From contig JASTWF010000035.1 in NCBI GenBank assembly GCA_030390025.1, positions 4,278,001 to 4,342,000 on the forward strand: a stretch of 64,000 nucleotides of DNA. Direction: 5' to 3'. Shown here piece after piece: positions 13,381 through 24,293 of this stretch (position 1 is the stretch's first letter; each line of letters begins with the position of its first letter). Source of the DNA: Squalus acanthias. Lineage: Eukaryota. The notes under the pieces are model-generated. The model did no database searches, was not told the DNA's origin, and worked only from the letters and a program-made list of their open reading frames with translations. Both the position numbers and the translations under genes were made by a program.

Positions 13381-15299
13381 AGTCATAGTCATAGAGTTAT
13401 ACAGCACAGAAGGAGGCCCTTCGGCCCATCGTGTCCGCGCTAGCCATCAAGTCCTGTCTATTCTAATCCCATTTTCCAGCACTTGGTCCGTAGCCTTGTA
13501 AGCTATGGCGTTTCAAGTGCTCATCTAAATGCTTCTTGAATGCTGTGAGGGTTCCTGCCTCTACCACCCTTTCAGGCAGTGAGTTCCAGATTCCAACCAC
13601 CCTCTGGGTGAAAAGGTTTTTCCTCAAATCCCCTCTAAACCTCCTGCCCCTTACCTTGAAACTATGTCCCCTGGTTATTGAGCCCTCTACTAAGGGGAAA
13701 AGTTCCTTTCTATCTACCATATCTATGCCCCTCATAATTTTGTACACCTCAATCAGGTCCCCCCTCAGCCTTCTCTGCTCTAAGGAAAACAACTGTCCAG
13801 TCTCTCTTCATAGCTGAAGCGCTGCAGACAGCATAAAATCCAAAGATAGGGCGTATAAAATAGCCAAAAAAAGCGCCAGAGCGCAAGATTGGGAACAGTT
13901 TAAGATAGAGCAAAGAAGGACAAAGGGCTTAATCAAGAGGGGCAAAATAGCTTACGAAAGCAAGCTGGCGGAAAATATAAAAACTAACTCCAAAAGCTTT
14001 TATAAGTACATCAAGAGGAAAAGACTGGTGAAAACCAAAGTTGGTCCATTGCAGTCAGATACGGGGGAATATATAACGGGAAATAAGGAAATGGCAGACC
14101 AACTAAATGCATACTTTGGGTCAGTCTTTACGAAGGAAGACACAAAAAACCTCCCTGGGATATCGGGAAAAATAGGGACATTGGCAAAGGAGGAACTTAC
14201 GCAAATCAATATCTCTAAGGATATGGTGTTAAGGAAGCTAAAGGGATTGAAGGCGGACAAATCCCCAGGGCCTGATAACATGCATCCTAGGGTACTGAAG
14301 GAGGTGGCCCTAGAGATAGCGGATGCACTAAGTATGATTTTTCAGAATTCATTAGACTCGGGAACAGTGCCCATGGATTGGAGGGTAGCTAACGTTACCC
14401 CACTATTCAAAAAGGGGGGTAGGGAAAAAGCAGGTAATTACAGACCTGTAAGCCTTACATCAGTTGTGGGCAAAATGCTGGAGTCCATCATTAAGGATGA
14501 AATAGCGGAGCACTTAGCAAATGGGGACAGGATAGGACAGAGTCAACATGGATTTACAAAGGGTAAATCGTGCTTGACTAATCTATTGGAATTTTTTGAG
14601 GAAGTAACTGGTAAAATAGATGGGGGAGAGCCAGTAGATGTGGTGTACCTGGACTTCCAAAAGGCCTTCGATACGGTCCCACATAAAAGATTAGCAGGGA
14701 AAATTGAAGCTCATGGGATAAAGGGGAAAGTATTGACGTGGATAGAGAACTGGCTGTCAGATAGAAAACAGAGAGTTGGAATAAACGGCTCATTTTTTGA
14801 ATGGCAGGCAGTAACAAGTGGGGTACCACAGGGATCTGTCCTGGGTCCCCAGCTGTTCACAATTTACATTAATGACCTGGATCAGGGAGTCGGATGCAGC
14901 ATTTCCAAATTTGCAGACGACACTAAACTAGGAGGGGGGGTGGGCTCAGAGGAGGAGACCAGGAAGCTCCAGAGCGATTTGGACAGACTGGGTGATTGGG
15001 CGGATAAATGGCAGATGCACTATAATGTGGACAAGTGCGAAGTTATCCACCTTGGGTGCAGGAACGGGAGGGCAAATTATTATTTAAATGGCAATAAATT
15101 GGGAGAGGGGGAAGTACAGAGAGACCTGGGTGTTCTTGTACACCAGTCACTGAAGGCGAGCATGCAGGTGCAGCAGGCGGTCAAGAAGGCAAACGGTATA
15201 CATAGATACATAGATACATAGAAGATAGGAGCAGGAGTAGGCCATCCGGCCCTTCGAGCCTGCTCCGCCATTTAATGAGATCATGGCTGATCCTTCAAT

Positions 15300-18251
15300 T
15301 CAGTATCCCGTCCCCGCCTTCTCTCCGTAACCCTTAACCCCTTTTGCCTGTAGAAATATATCTAATTCCCTCTTAAATATATTTAATGAGCTGGCGTACA
15401 CTGCCCTCTGTGGCAATGAGTTCCACAGGTTCACCACTCTCTGAGTGAAGAAATTCCCCCTCATTTCTGTCCTAAATGGTTTAGCCCTTATCCTTAAATT
15501 ATGTCCTCTAGTTCTGTTCTCACCCGCCAAGGGAAACATTCCTTCTGCATCTAATCTGTCTAGACCTGTCAGAATTTTATACACTTCTATGAGGTCCCCT
15601 CTCAATCTTCTAAACTCCAGTGTGTACATCCCTAAACTACATAGTCTCTCCTCATAGGTCAATCCCGCCATTCCTGGTATCAGCCTGGTGAATCGCCGCT
15701 GCACCCCCTCCATGGCAAGAACATCTTTCCTCAGATGAGGCGACCAAAACTGTACACAGTACTCGAGGTGTGGTCTCACCAGTGCCCTGTACAGCTGCAG
15801 CAAGGTATCCCTGTTCCTGTATTCCAACCCTTTTGCTATGAAGGCCAGCATACCGTTTGCCTTCTTGACCGCCTGTTGCACCTGCATGCTCGCCTTCAGT
15901 GACTGGTGTACAAGAACACCCAGGTCTCTCTGTACTTCCCCCTCTCCCAATTTATTGCCATTTAAATAATAATTTGCCCTCCCGTTCCTGCACCCAAGGT
16001 GGATAACTTCGCACTTGTCCACATTATAGTGCATCTGCCATTTATCCGCCCAATCACCCAGTCTGTCCAAATCGCTCTGGAGCTTCCTGGTCTCCTCCTC
16101 TGAGCCCACCCCCCCTCCTAGTTTAGTGTCGTCTGCAAATTTGGAAATGCTGCATCCGACTCCCTGATCCAGGTCATTAATGTAAATTGTGAACAGCTGG
16201 GGACCCAGGACAGATCCCTGTGGTACCCCACTTGTTACTGCCTGCCATTCAAAAAATGAGCCGTTTATTCCAACTCTCTGTTTTCTATCTGACAGCCAGT
16301 TCTCTATCCACGTCAATACTTTCCCCTTTATCCCATGAGCTTCAATTTTCCCTGCTAATCTTTTATGTGGGACCGTATCGAAGGCCTTTTGGAAGTCCAG
16401 GTACACCACATCTACTGGCTCTCCCCCATCTATTTTACCAGTTACTTCCTCAAAAAATTCCAATAGATTAGTCAAGCACGATTTACCCTTTGTAAATCCA
16501 TGTTGACTCTGTCCTATCCTGTCCCCATTTGCTAAGTGCTCCGCTATTTCATCCTTAATGATGGACTCCAGCATTTTGCCCACAACTGATGTAAGGCTTA
16601 CAGGTCTGTAATTACCTGCTTTTTCCCTACCCCCCTTTTTGAATAGTGGGGTAACGTTAGCTACCCTCCAATCCATGGGCACTGTTCCCGAGTCTAATGA
16701 ATTCTGAAAAATCATGCTTAGTGCATCCGCTATCTCTAGGGCCACCTCCTTCAGTACCCTAGGATGCATGTTATCAGGCCCTGGGGATTTGTCCGCCTTC
16801 AATCCCTTTAGCTTCCTTAACACCATATCCTTAGAGATATTGATTTGCGTCAGTTCCTCCTTTGCCAATGTCCCTATTTTTCCCGATATCCCAGGGAGGT
16901 TTTTTGTGTCTTCCTTCGTAAAGACTGACCCAAAGTATGCATTTAGTTGGTCTGCCATTTCCTTATTTCCCATTATATATTCCCCCGTATCTGACTGCAA
17001 TGGACCAACTTTGGTTTTCACCAGTCTTTTCCTCTTGATATACTTATAAAAGCTTTTGGAGTTAGTTTTTATATTTTCCGCCAGCTTGCTTTCGTAAGCT
17101 ATTTTGCCCTTCTTGATTAAGCCCTTTGCCCTCCTTTGCTCTATCTTAAACTGTTCCCAATCTTCCGCTCTGGCGCGTTTTTTGGCTATTTTATACGCCC
17201 TATCTTTGGATTTTATGCTGTCTCTAATTTCCCCTGTTATCCACGGTTGAGTCACCTTTTTAGATTTCCTTTTATGCCAGATTGGTATAAACAATTTTTG
17301 CAATTTTGTCATTCTATCTTTAAATGCTTGCCATTGTTTATCTACCTCCAGTCCTCCCAGGAACGTTGTCCAATCAGACCTACTCAGTTCCCGTCTAATG
17401 GCATCATAATTCCCCTTGTTTAAATTCAGGACCTGAGTCTCTGAGTCAATTTCTTCGCTCTCCATTTCGAGTGAGAAATCGATCATGTTATGATCGCTCT
17501 GACCCAAGGGTCCCCGTACAACAAGATTACTAATTAGTCCCTTCTCATTGCACAGTACCCAGTCCAATATAGCCTGTTCCCGAGTTGGTTCCTCGACATA
17601 TTGATCCAGATAACCATCCCTTAAACACTCAAGGAATTCCTCCTCCTCATTATTTTTACTGATTAGGCTAGTCCAATCTATATGTAAGTTAAAGTCACCT
17701 ATGATGACAGCTGTGCTCTTATTGCACGCTTCTCTAATTTCCCTCGTGATGCCCTCCCCAACCTCTATTTTACTATTTGGAGGCCTATATACCACTCCTA
17801 TTAATGTTTTTCGCCCCTCGCTATTTCTTAGCTCCACCCATATAGATTCTGTATTAACTGAGTTAATATCCTTCCTTTCAATTGCATTTATCCCCTCTTT
17901 TACCAGCAATGCTACCCCTCCTCCCTTTCTTTTTTGTCGATCCTTCCTAAATACTGAATACCCCTGTATGTTAAGCTCCCAGCCCTGCTCACCCTGCAAC
18001 CATGTTTCCGTAATCCCAATTAGATCATAATTATTAACCTCTATTTCCACAGCTAATTCATCTACCTTGTTCCTGATGCTTCTCGCATTAAGGTATAAAA
18101 CCCTCAGGCTTTTTTTATGCTCACATTTTTTATGAATTAGTTTGGCCCTTTGTTTTTTGTTCCTCTCCTTTTTACCATTTATTTCTGTCTGCCTTTCACT
18201 TTCCTCTATTTCACTACATGGGTTTCTAGCCCCCTGCCATACTAGTTTAAA
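15300..18251 (-). CDS. CR1 ORF2p (APE endonuclease plus reverse transcriptase)
   Basis: Track ORF 15300-18050 starts at GTG; the frame is open upstream through LRVLYLNARS to the ORF1 end; motifs ITETW, GDFN, SDH, QHGF, PQGSVLGP, FADD. Confidence 0.92.
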   Translation of the reverse strand, partial: FKLVWQGARNPCSEIEESERQTEINGKKERNKKQRAKLIHKKCEHKKSLRVLYLNARSIRNKVDELAVEIEVNNYDLIGITETWLQGEQGWELNIQGYSVFRKDRQKRKGGGVALLVKEGINAIERKDINSVNTESIWVELRNSEGRKTLIGVVYRPPNSKIEVGEGITREIREACNKSTAVIIGDFNLHIDWTSLISKNNEEEEFLECLRDGYLDQYVEEPTREQAILDWVLCNEKGLISNLVVRGPLGQSDHNMIDFSLEMESEEIDSETQVLNLNKGNYDAIRRELSRSDWTTFLGGLEVDKQWQAFKDRMTKLQKLFIPIWHKRKSKKVTQPWITGEIRDSIKSKDRAYKIAKKRARAEDWEQFKIEQRRAKGLIKKGKIAYESKLAENIKTNSKSFYKYIKRKRLVKTKVGPLQSDTGEYIMGNKEMADQLNAYFGSVFTKEDTKNLPGISGKIGTLAKEELTQINISKDMVLRKLKGLKADKSPGPDNMHPRVLKEVALEIADALSMIFQNSLDSGTVPMDWRVANVTPLFKKGGREKAGNYRPVSLTSVVGKMLESIIKDEIAEHLANGDRIGQSQHGFTKGKSCLTNLLEFFEEVTGKIDGGEPVDVVYLDFQKAFDTVPHKRLAGKIEAHGIKGKVLTWIENWLSDRKQRVGINGSFFEWQAVTSGVPQGSVLGPQLFTIYINDLDQGVGCSISKFADDTKLGGGVGSEEETRKLQSDLDRLGDWADKWQMHYNVDKCEVIHLGCRNGRANYYLNGNKLGEGEVQRDLGVLVHQSLKASMQVQQAVKKANGMLAFIAKGLEYRNRDTLLQLYRALVRPHLEYCVQFWSPHLRKDVLAMEGVQRRFTRLIPGMAGLTYEERLCSLGMYTLEFRRLRGDLIEVYKILTGLDRLDAEGMFPLAGENRTRGHNLRIRAKPFRTEMRGNFFTQRVVNLWNSLPQRAVYASSLNIFKRELDIFLQAKGVKGYGEKAGTGY

Positions 18252-19189
18252 TGCTCCCGAACTGCTTTATCAAAATTTACCCCGAGAACATCAGTTCCAT
18301 CATTGCACAGGTGTAGACCGTCCCTTTTGTATAGGTCACACCTACCACAAAACTGGTCCCAATGCCTCAAAAATTTAAAACCCTCCCTCTTACACCACTG
18401 CTCAAGCCACGTATTTAGCCTAACTATCCTGTTCTCTGTACTCTTACTAGCACGTGGCACTGGTAGTAATCCAGAGATTACTACCTTCGAGGTCCTACTT
18501 TTTAGCTTGGCTCCTAACTCCCTAAATTCTACTTGTAGGACCTCTTCCCTTTTTTTAGCTACGTCGTTGGTACCAACATGTATCACGACAACTGGCTGTT
18601 CCCCCTCCCCCTCCAGAATGTTCTGCACCCGCGCCGAGACATCCTTGACCCTTGCACCAGGGAGGCAAATTACCATCCTGGAGTCTCGGTCGCGACCACA
18701 GAAACTCCTATCTATTCCCCTTACAATCGAATCCCCTATTACTATAGCCCTGCCACTCTTTTTCCCTCCCTTCTTTGCAACAGAGCCAGTCATGGTGCCA
18801 TGAGCCTGGCTGCTGGTGCCTTCCCCCGATGAGTCATCCCCCCCGACAACAGCACCTAAGGCGGTGAACCTGTTGCTGAGGGAGACAACCCCAGGGGATT
18901 CCTGCACTACCTTCCTGCCCTTGCTCTGCCTTTTGGTCACCCATGAACTATCTACTCTGGCCTTAACCTGCGGTGTGACCAACTCACTAAATGTGCTATT
19001 CACAACCCTCTCAGAATCGTGGATGCTCCAAAGTGAGTCCATCCGCAGCTCAAGGGCCGTCATGCGGTCCCACATGAGCTGCAGCTGGACACACTTCCCG
19101 CACACATGGTTGTCAGGGACACAGGAAGCGTCCATGATTTCCCACATGTTACAGGAGGAGCATGACACAGGTCCGAGCTCTACTGCCAT
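18242..19189 (-). CDS. CR1 ORF1p (Cys zinc-finger/leucine zipper plus SGNH esterase-like domain)
   Basis: 315 aa; CxxC...CxxC, GDSIVR, IHVGTND and DGLH motifs known from CR1 ORF1 esterase domains. Confidence 0.9.
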   Translation of the reverse strand: MAVELGPVSCSSCNMWEIMDASCVPDNHVCGKCVQLQLMWDRMTALELRMDSLWSIHDSERVVNSTFSELVTPQVKARVDSSWVTKRQSKGRKVVQESPGVVSLSNRFTALGAVVGGDDSSGEGTSSQAHGTMTGSVAKKGGKKSGRAIVIGDSIVRGIDRSFCGRDRDSRMVICLPGARVKDVSARVQNILEGEGEQPVVVIHVGTNDVAKKREEVLQVEFRELGAKLKSRTSKVVISGLLPVPRASKSTENRIVRLNTWLEQWCKREGFKFLRHWDQFCGRCDLYKRDGLHLCNDGTDVLGVNFDKAVREHLN

Positions 19190-20112
19190 GACTTAACCCT
19201 TATATTACTTATTAATTTTCTAGTTTTAGTTTATTTATTGACTTTTGTTTTCCCGAAGCTTACTTAGACCAATGTATACTGTACTCCTCTTATTCCTTTT
19301 TAAACTAACCAAATCGCACTAGTTTTAGTTGTACTTTCTAGGAAGGTTTGAGGAAAGTACTTACCAGTTAGTCTTACCTCCCTGGTCTTTCGCTGACCTT
19401 CATAGCAAAAGGGTTGGAATACAGGAACAGGGATACCTTGCTGCAGCTGTACGGGGCACTGGTGAGGCCACACCTCGAGTACTGTGTACAGTTTTGGTCG
19501 CCTCATCTGAGGAAAGATGTTCTTGCCATGGAGGGGGTGCAGCGGCGATTCACCAGGCTGATACCAGGAATGGCGGGATTGACCTATGAGGAGAGACTAT
19601 GTAGTTTAGGGATGTACACACTGGAGTTTAGAAGATTGAGAGGGGACCTCATAGAAGTGTATAAAATTCTGACAGGTCTAGACAGCCTAGATGCAGAAGG
19701 AATGTTTCCCTTGGCGGGTGAGAACAGAACTAGAGGACATAATTTAAGGATAAGGGCTAAACCATTTAGGACAGAAATGAGGGGGAATTTCTTCACTCAG
19801 AGGGTGGTGAACCTGTGGAACTCATTGCCACAGAGGGCAGTGTACGCCAGCTCATTAAATATATTTAAGAGGGAATTAGATATATTTCTACAGGCAAAAG
19901 GGGTTAAGGGTTACGGAGAGAAGGCGGGGACGGGATACTGAATTGGAGGATCAGCCATGATCTCATTAAATGGCGGAGCAGGCTCGAAGGGCCGGATGGC
20001 CTACTCCTGCTCCTATCTTCTATGTATCTATGTATCCTGGTGAATCTCCTCTGCACCCTCTCCAATGCAATCACATCCCTCCTATAGTGTGGCGACCAGA
20101 ACTGCACACAGT

Positions 20113-20857
20113 GGCCCAGAAATTGATCTCGCTCTGTTCCCGCGGGGGTAAGCCTTTCCCGCGATGTCTCACCTCGCTTATGCTTTTTCTGATCCAGCTC
20201 GCACGAAATTGATGTTCCAGACATCAGCTGTGCTGGGCTTGCGTATCCCAGCGGCGTAGTTAATTCGTGCGAGCTGTGGGATCACGTGACTCAGTTAGAG
20301 CCAATGGCAGCACACCATCTTCCATTCATAAGTCTCACAGCATGGCTGAGAGACTTATGAATCTTACACCCCCCCCAAAATAACAGCTAAACCTCAATTA
20401 AATTTAAAAAAAAAACCATCACATTAATAAAATAAGTACAGTTAATTAAATTAACCATTTTAAATAAAAAATTAAATTTTTGAAAAAATTTAAAATCTTT
20501 TAAAAAGTTATAAAAATAAACTTACCTGTCTTTAAAGTCTATAAAAAAGATATACCTGTAAAAAAAAATTCAAAAAAATACTTAATTCACTACTTACCTT
20601 CTTAAAAGCGGGTCTTACTCCTCCTTTTTACATTTCCAAAATCTTCAGTACTTACCTGCGCGTCCAAAGCATGAAGTGCACAGCGTGCGCGCAGCCTGTA
20701 GCGCGCACGCGATGCACTCCGGCCCCGCCCCCTTTTCGGAAGAGCAATTGCCGGTTTTCAGCGCATGCGCAGGGCATGCAGAAAACCGGCAATTGGAGTG
20801 GGAATACGCGAGAGTATGCAGTGCGTACTCTCGCGTCCCGGGATCAATTTTCGGCCC
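20113..20857. mobile_element. Non-autonomous TIR DNA element (PIF/Harbinger-like), 745 bp
   Basis: Ends GGCCCAGAAATTGATC / GATCAATTTTCGGCCC (13 of 16 complementary); AGT duplicated at 20110-20112 and 20858-20860; removing it restores the host CR1 sequence. Superfamily is inferred from the 3-bp TSD and GG termini. Confidence 0.75.
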
Positions 20858-23713
20858 AGTATTCCAGCTGTGGCCTAACTAGCGTTTTGTACAGCTCCAT
20901 CATAACCTCCCTGCTCTTATATTCTATGCCTCGGCTAATGAAGGCAAGTATCCCATATGCCTTTTTAACCACCTTATCTACCTGTCCTGCTGCCTTCAGG
21001 GATCTATGTACATGCACACCAGGGTCCCTCTGATCCTCTGTCCTTCCTAGGGTCCTATCATTCATTGTGTATTCCCTTGCCTTGAAAGTCCTCCCAAAAT
21101 GCATCACCTCACACTTTTCAGGGTTAAATTCCATTTGCCACTGTTCTGCCCATCTAACCATCCCGTCTATATCGTCCTGTAGCCTGAGGCTTCCCTCCTC
21201 GCTATTTACCACTCCACCAATTTTCGTGTCATCTGCGAACTTACTGATCATACCTCCTACATTCATATCTAAATCATGAATGTAGACTACAAACAGCAAA
21301 GGACCCAGCACCAATCCCTGCGGTACACCACTGGACACAGGCTTCCAGTCACAAAAACAACCTTCGACCATCACCCTCTGCCTCCTGCCACTAAGCCAAT
21401 TTTGGATCCAATGTGCCAAATTGCCCTGGATCCCATGGACTCTTACCTTCTTGACCAGTCTCCCATGTGGGACTTTGCCAAAAGCCTTACTGAAGTCCAT
21501 TTAGACTACATCAACTGCACTACCCTCATCCACACACCTAGTCACCCCCTCAAAAAATTCAATCAAATTGGTCAGACATGATCTCCCCCTGACAAAGCCA
21601 TGCTGACTATCCTTGATTAATCCTTGCCTCTCCAAGTGGAGACTAATTCTGTCCCTCAGAATTTTTTCCAATAATTTCCCTACCACTGATGTTAGGCTCA
21701 CTGGCCTGTAATTCCCTGGTTTATCCCTACTACCCTTCTTGAACAATGGTACTACGTTAGCTGTTCTCCAGTCCTCTGGCACCTCCCCTGTGGCCAGAGA
21801 GGTTCTGAAAATTTGTGTCAGAGCCCCTGCAATCACCTCCCTTGCCTCACACAGCAGCCTGGGATACATCCCGTCAGGGCCTGGGGATTTATCCACTTTT
21901 AAGCCCGCTAAAATCGCTAGTACCTCCTCCCTCTCAATACTAATTTGTTCAAGTATATCACAATCCCCCAGCCTGATTTCTATGCCTACATCGTCCTTCT
22001 CCATAGTGAACACAGATGCAAAATATTCATTTAAAACCTCACCTACATCTTCCGGCTCTACACACAGATTGCCACTTTGGTCCCTAATGGGCCCTACTCT
22101 TTCCCTGGTTATCCTCTTGCCCTTAATATACTTATAAAACACCTTGGGATTTTCCTTTATTTTGCCCGCCAGTGTTATTTCATGCCCCCTCTTCGCTCTC
22201 CTAATTTGTTTTTTAAGTATCCCCCTGCACTTTCTATACTCCTCCAGGGCTTCCACTGTTTTTAGTCATTTGTATCTGCCAAAAGCCTCCCTTTTTTTTC
22301 TAATCCATTCCTGTATATCACTTGACATCCAGGGTTCCCTGGGCTTGTTGGTCCCACCCTTGACCTTTACGGGAACATGTTGCCGTTGTACTCTCTCTAT
22401 TTCCTTTCTGAAAGACTCCCACTGCTCTGATGTGGATTTTCCTACAAGTAGCTGATCTCAGTCCACTTTGGCCAGATCCTGCCTTATCATATTAAAATCG
22501 GCCTTCCCCCAATTTAGAACCTTTATTTCCGGTCCATCTTTGTCCTTTTCCACCGAATATGGTCACTGTCACCAAAATGCTCTCCTACTGACACTTCTAC
22601 CACTTGCCCGGCTACATTCCCTAGAATTAAGTCCAGTACTGCCCCCTCTCTTGTAGGACTTTCTACATGCTGGCTCAAAAACTCTCCTGGATGCACTTTA
22701 AGAATTCCGCACCCTCTAAGCCTTTCATACTCTGACTATCCCAGTTAATATTGGGGAAGTTGAAATCCCCTACTATTATTACCCTATTATTTCTACACTT
22801 CTCTGAGATTTGCCTACATATCTGTTCCTCTATCTCCCCCTGACTGTTTGGGGGCCTATAGTACACTCCCAGCAAAGTGCTTGCCCCCTTTTTGTTTTTA
22901 AGTTCTACCCATATGGCCTCATTAGAGGAACCTGCTAAGATATCATCCCTCCTTACAGCAGTAATTGACTCCTTGATTAATATTGCGACACCCCCTCCTC
23001 TTTTACACCCCCCTCTGTCTCGCCTGAAGATTCTATACCCCGGAATATTGAGCTGCCAGTCCTGCCCCTCCCTCAACCATGTCTCTGTGATAGCAACAAT
23101 ATCATACTCCCATGTGTTCATCAACACCTTCAATTCATCTGCCTTACTCGTAAGACTCCTTGCATTAAAATAAATGCCATCCAGCCTTGCCATACTCCCT
23201 TGTGCCATTACATATTTGCTCTGCCTTCCAGGCTGACTTGTTTTTTCCTCTATATTTGGCTGTGCATCACCCCCTACTATAGCTCCACTCCGTATCCCAT
23301 CCCCCTGCCAAGTTAGTTTAAACCCCCCCCCGCAACAGTACTAGCAAACCTCCCCGCAAGGATGTTGGTCCCATTCCGGTTCAGGTGCAACCCGTCCGAC
23401 TTGTACAGGCCCCACCTTCCCCAGAAGCAGACCCAGTGATCCAGGAAACTAAAGCCCTCCCTCCTGCACCAACTCTTTAGCCACGCATTCATCTGTTCTA
23501 TCCTCCTATTCCTATACTCACTAGCACGTGGCACCGGGAGTAATCCAGAGATTACAACCTTTGAGGTCCTGCTTTTTAATCTGCTACCTAGCTCCCTAAA
23601 TTCTTGTTGCAGGACCTCATCCCTCTTTCTACCCATGTCGTTGGTACCAATGTGAACCACGACCTCTGACTGTTCGCCCTCCCCCTTCAGAATGCCCTGC
23701 AGCCGTTCAGTGA

Positions 23714-24142
23714 CTGTCCTATGATGAGAGATTGTGTAGAATGGGCCTATACTCTCTGGAGTTTAGAAGAATGAGAGGTGATCTCATTGAACCATACAAG
23801 ATTCTGAGGGGGATTGACAGGGTAGATGCTGAGATGTTTCCCCTGGCTGGAGTGTCTAGAACTAGGGGGCATAGTCTCAGGATAAGGGGTCGGCCATTTA
23901 AGACTGAGATGAGGAGGAATTTCTTCATTCAGAGGGTTGTGAATCTTTGGAATTCTCTGCCCCAGAGGGCTGTGAATGCTGAGTCTTTGAGTATATTCAA
24001 GGCTGAGACAGATAGATTTTTGGACTCTGGAGGAATCAAGGGATATGGGAATCGGGCGGGAAAGTGGAGTTGAGATCGATGATCCGCCATGATCTTATTG
24101 AATGACGGAGCAGGCTCGAGGGGCTGTATGGCCTACTCCTGT
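23714..24142 (+). mobile_element. CR1 copy D, right part (3' end)
   Basis: Resumes at (L)SYDERLCRMGLYSLEFRR, continuing from the break at 13380, then 3' UTR. Confidence 0.87.
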
Positions 24143-24203
24143 TGACAGTGTAGGGCGATGTACTGGACTGTGTACAACAATGTGTGTTGACTGTGTGTTG
24201 CAG

Positions 24204-24293
24204 GAGTGTGTGAACCCATGCTGTAACGCCAATAACTGTACGCTGAAGGCAGGTGCTGAGTGTGCTCACGGAGTTTGCTGCAAGAACTGTAAG
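24204..24293 (+). CDS. ADAM33: ADAM33-like exon B (disintegrin domain)
   Basis: ttgcAG / GTatga; 90 bp, phase 0/0; [30 protein letters not shown]. Confidence 0.92.

Larger units (their letters stand above)
15200..19391 (-). mobile_element. CR1 copy B, apparently intact two-ORF element
   Basis: 5' region, ORF1, ORF2 with no stops, 3' UTR and ACATAGAT-type tail at 15200. Confidence 0.95.
13826..20035 (+). mobile_element. CR1 copy A, 5'-truncated, split (13826-15199 and 19392-20035)
   Basis: ORF 14028 stops being CR1 at KKANG and resumes at gctgaccttcatagc (19392), running to GEKAGTGY and a (TATGTATC)-type tail; nearly identical to copy B. Confidence 0.93.
13381..23713 (-). mobile_element. CR1 copy C, near full length, split into three pieces (13381-13825, ~20034-20112, 20858-23713)
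   Basis: 3' tail at 13381, RT and endonuclease ORF pieces (13463-13792, 20844-22256, 22675-23208) and ORF1 esterase piece (23313-23660); sequence is collinear across the insertions. Confidence 0.9.

Noticed and set aside
18226..18244. TAG-T-ATG after ORF1 of copy B as a reinitiation start for ORF2
   Set aside because: The AUG is out of frame with ORF2, closes after four codons (ATG GCA GGG GGC TAG), and is TTG in the other two copies.
16220..19196. ORFs antisense to CR1 and RTE coding regions (here and at other copies)
   Set aside because: Shadow frames of retrotransposon ORFs with no recognisable domains.
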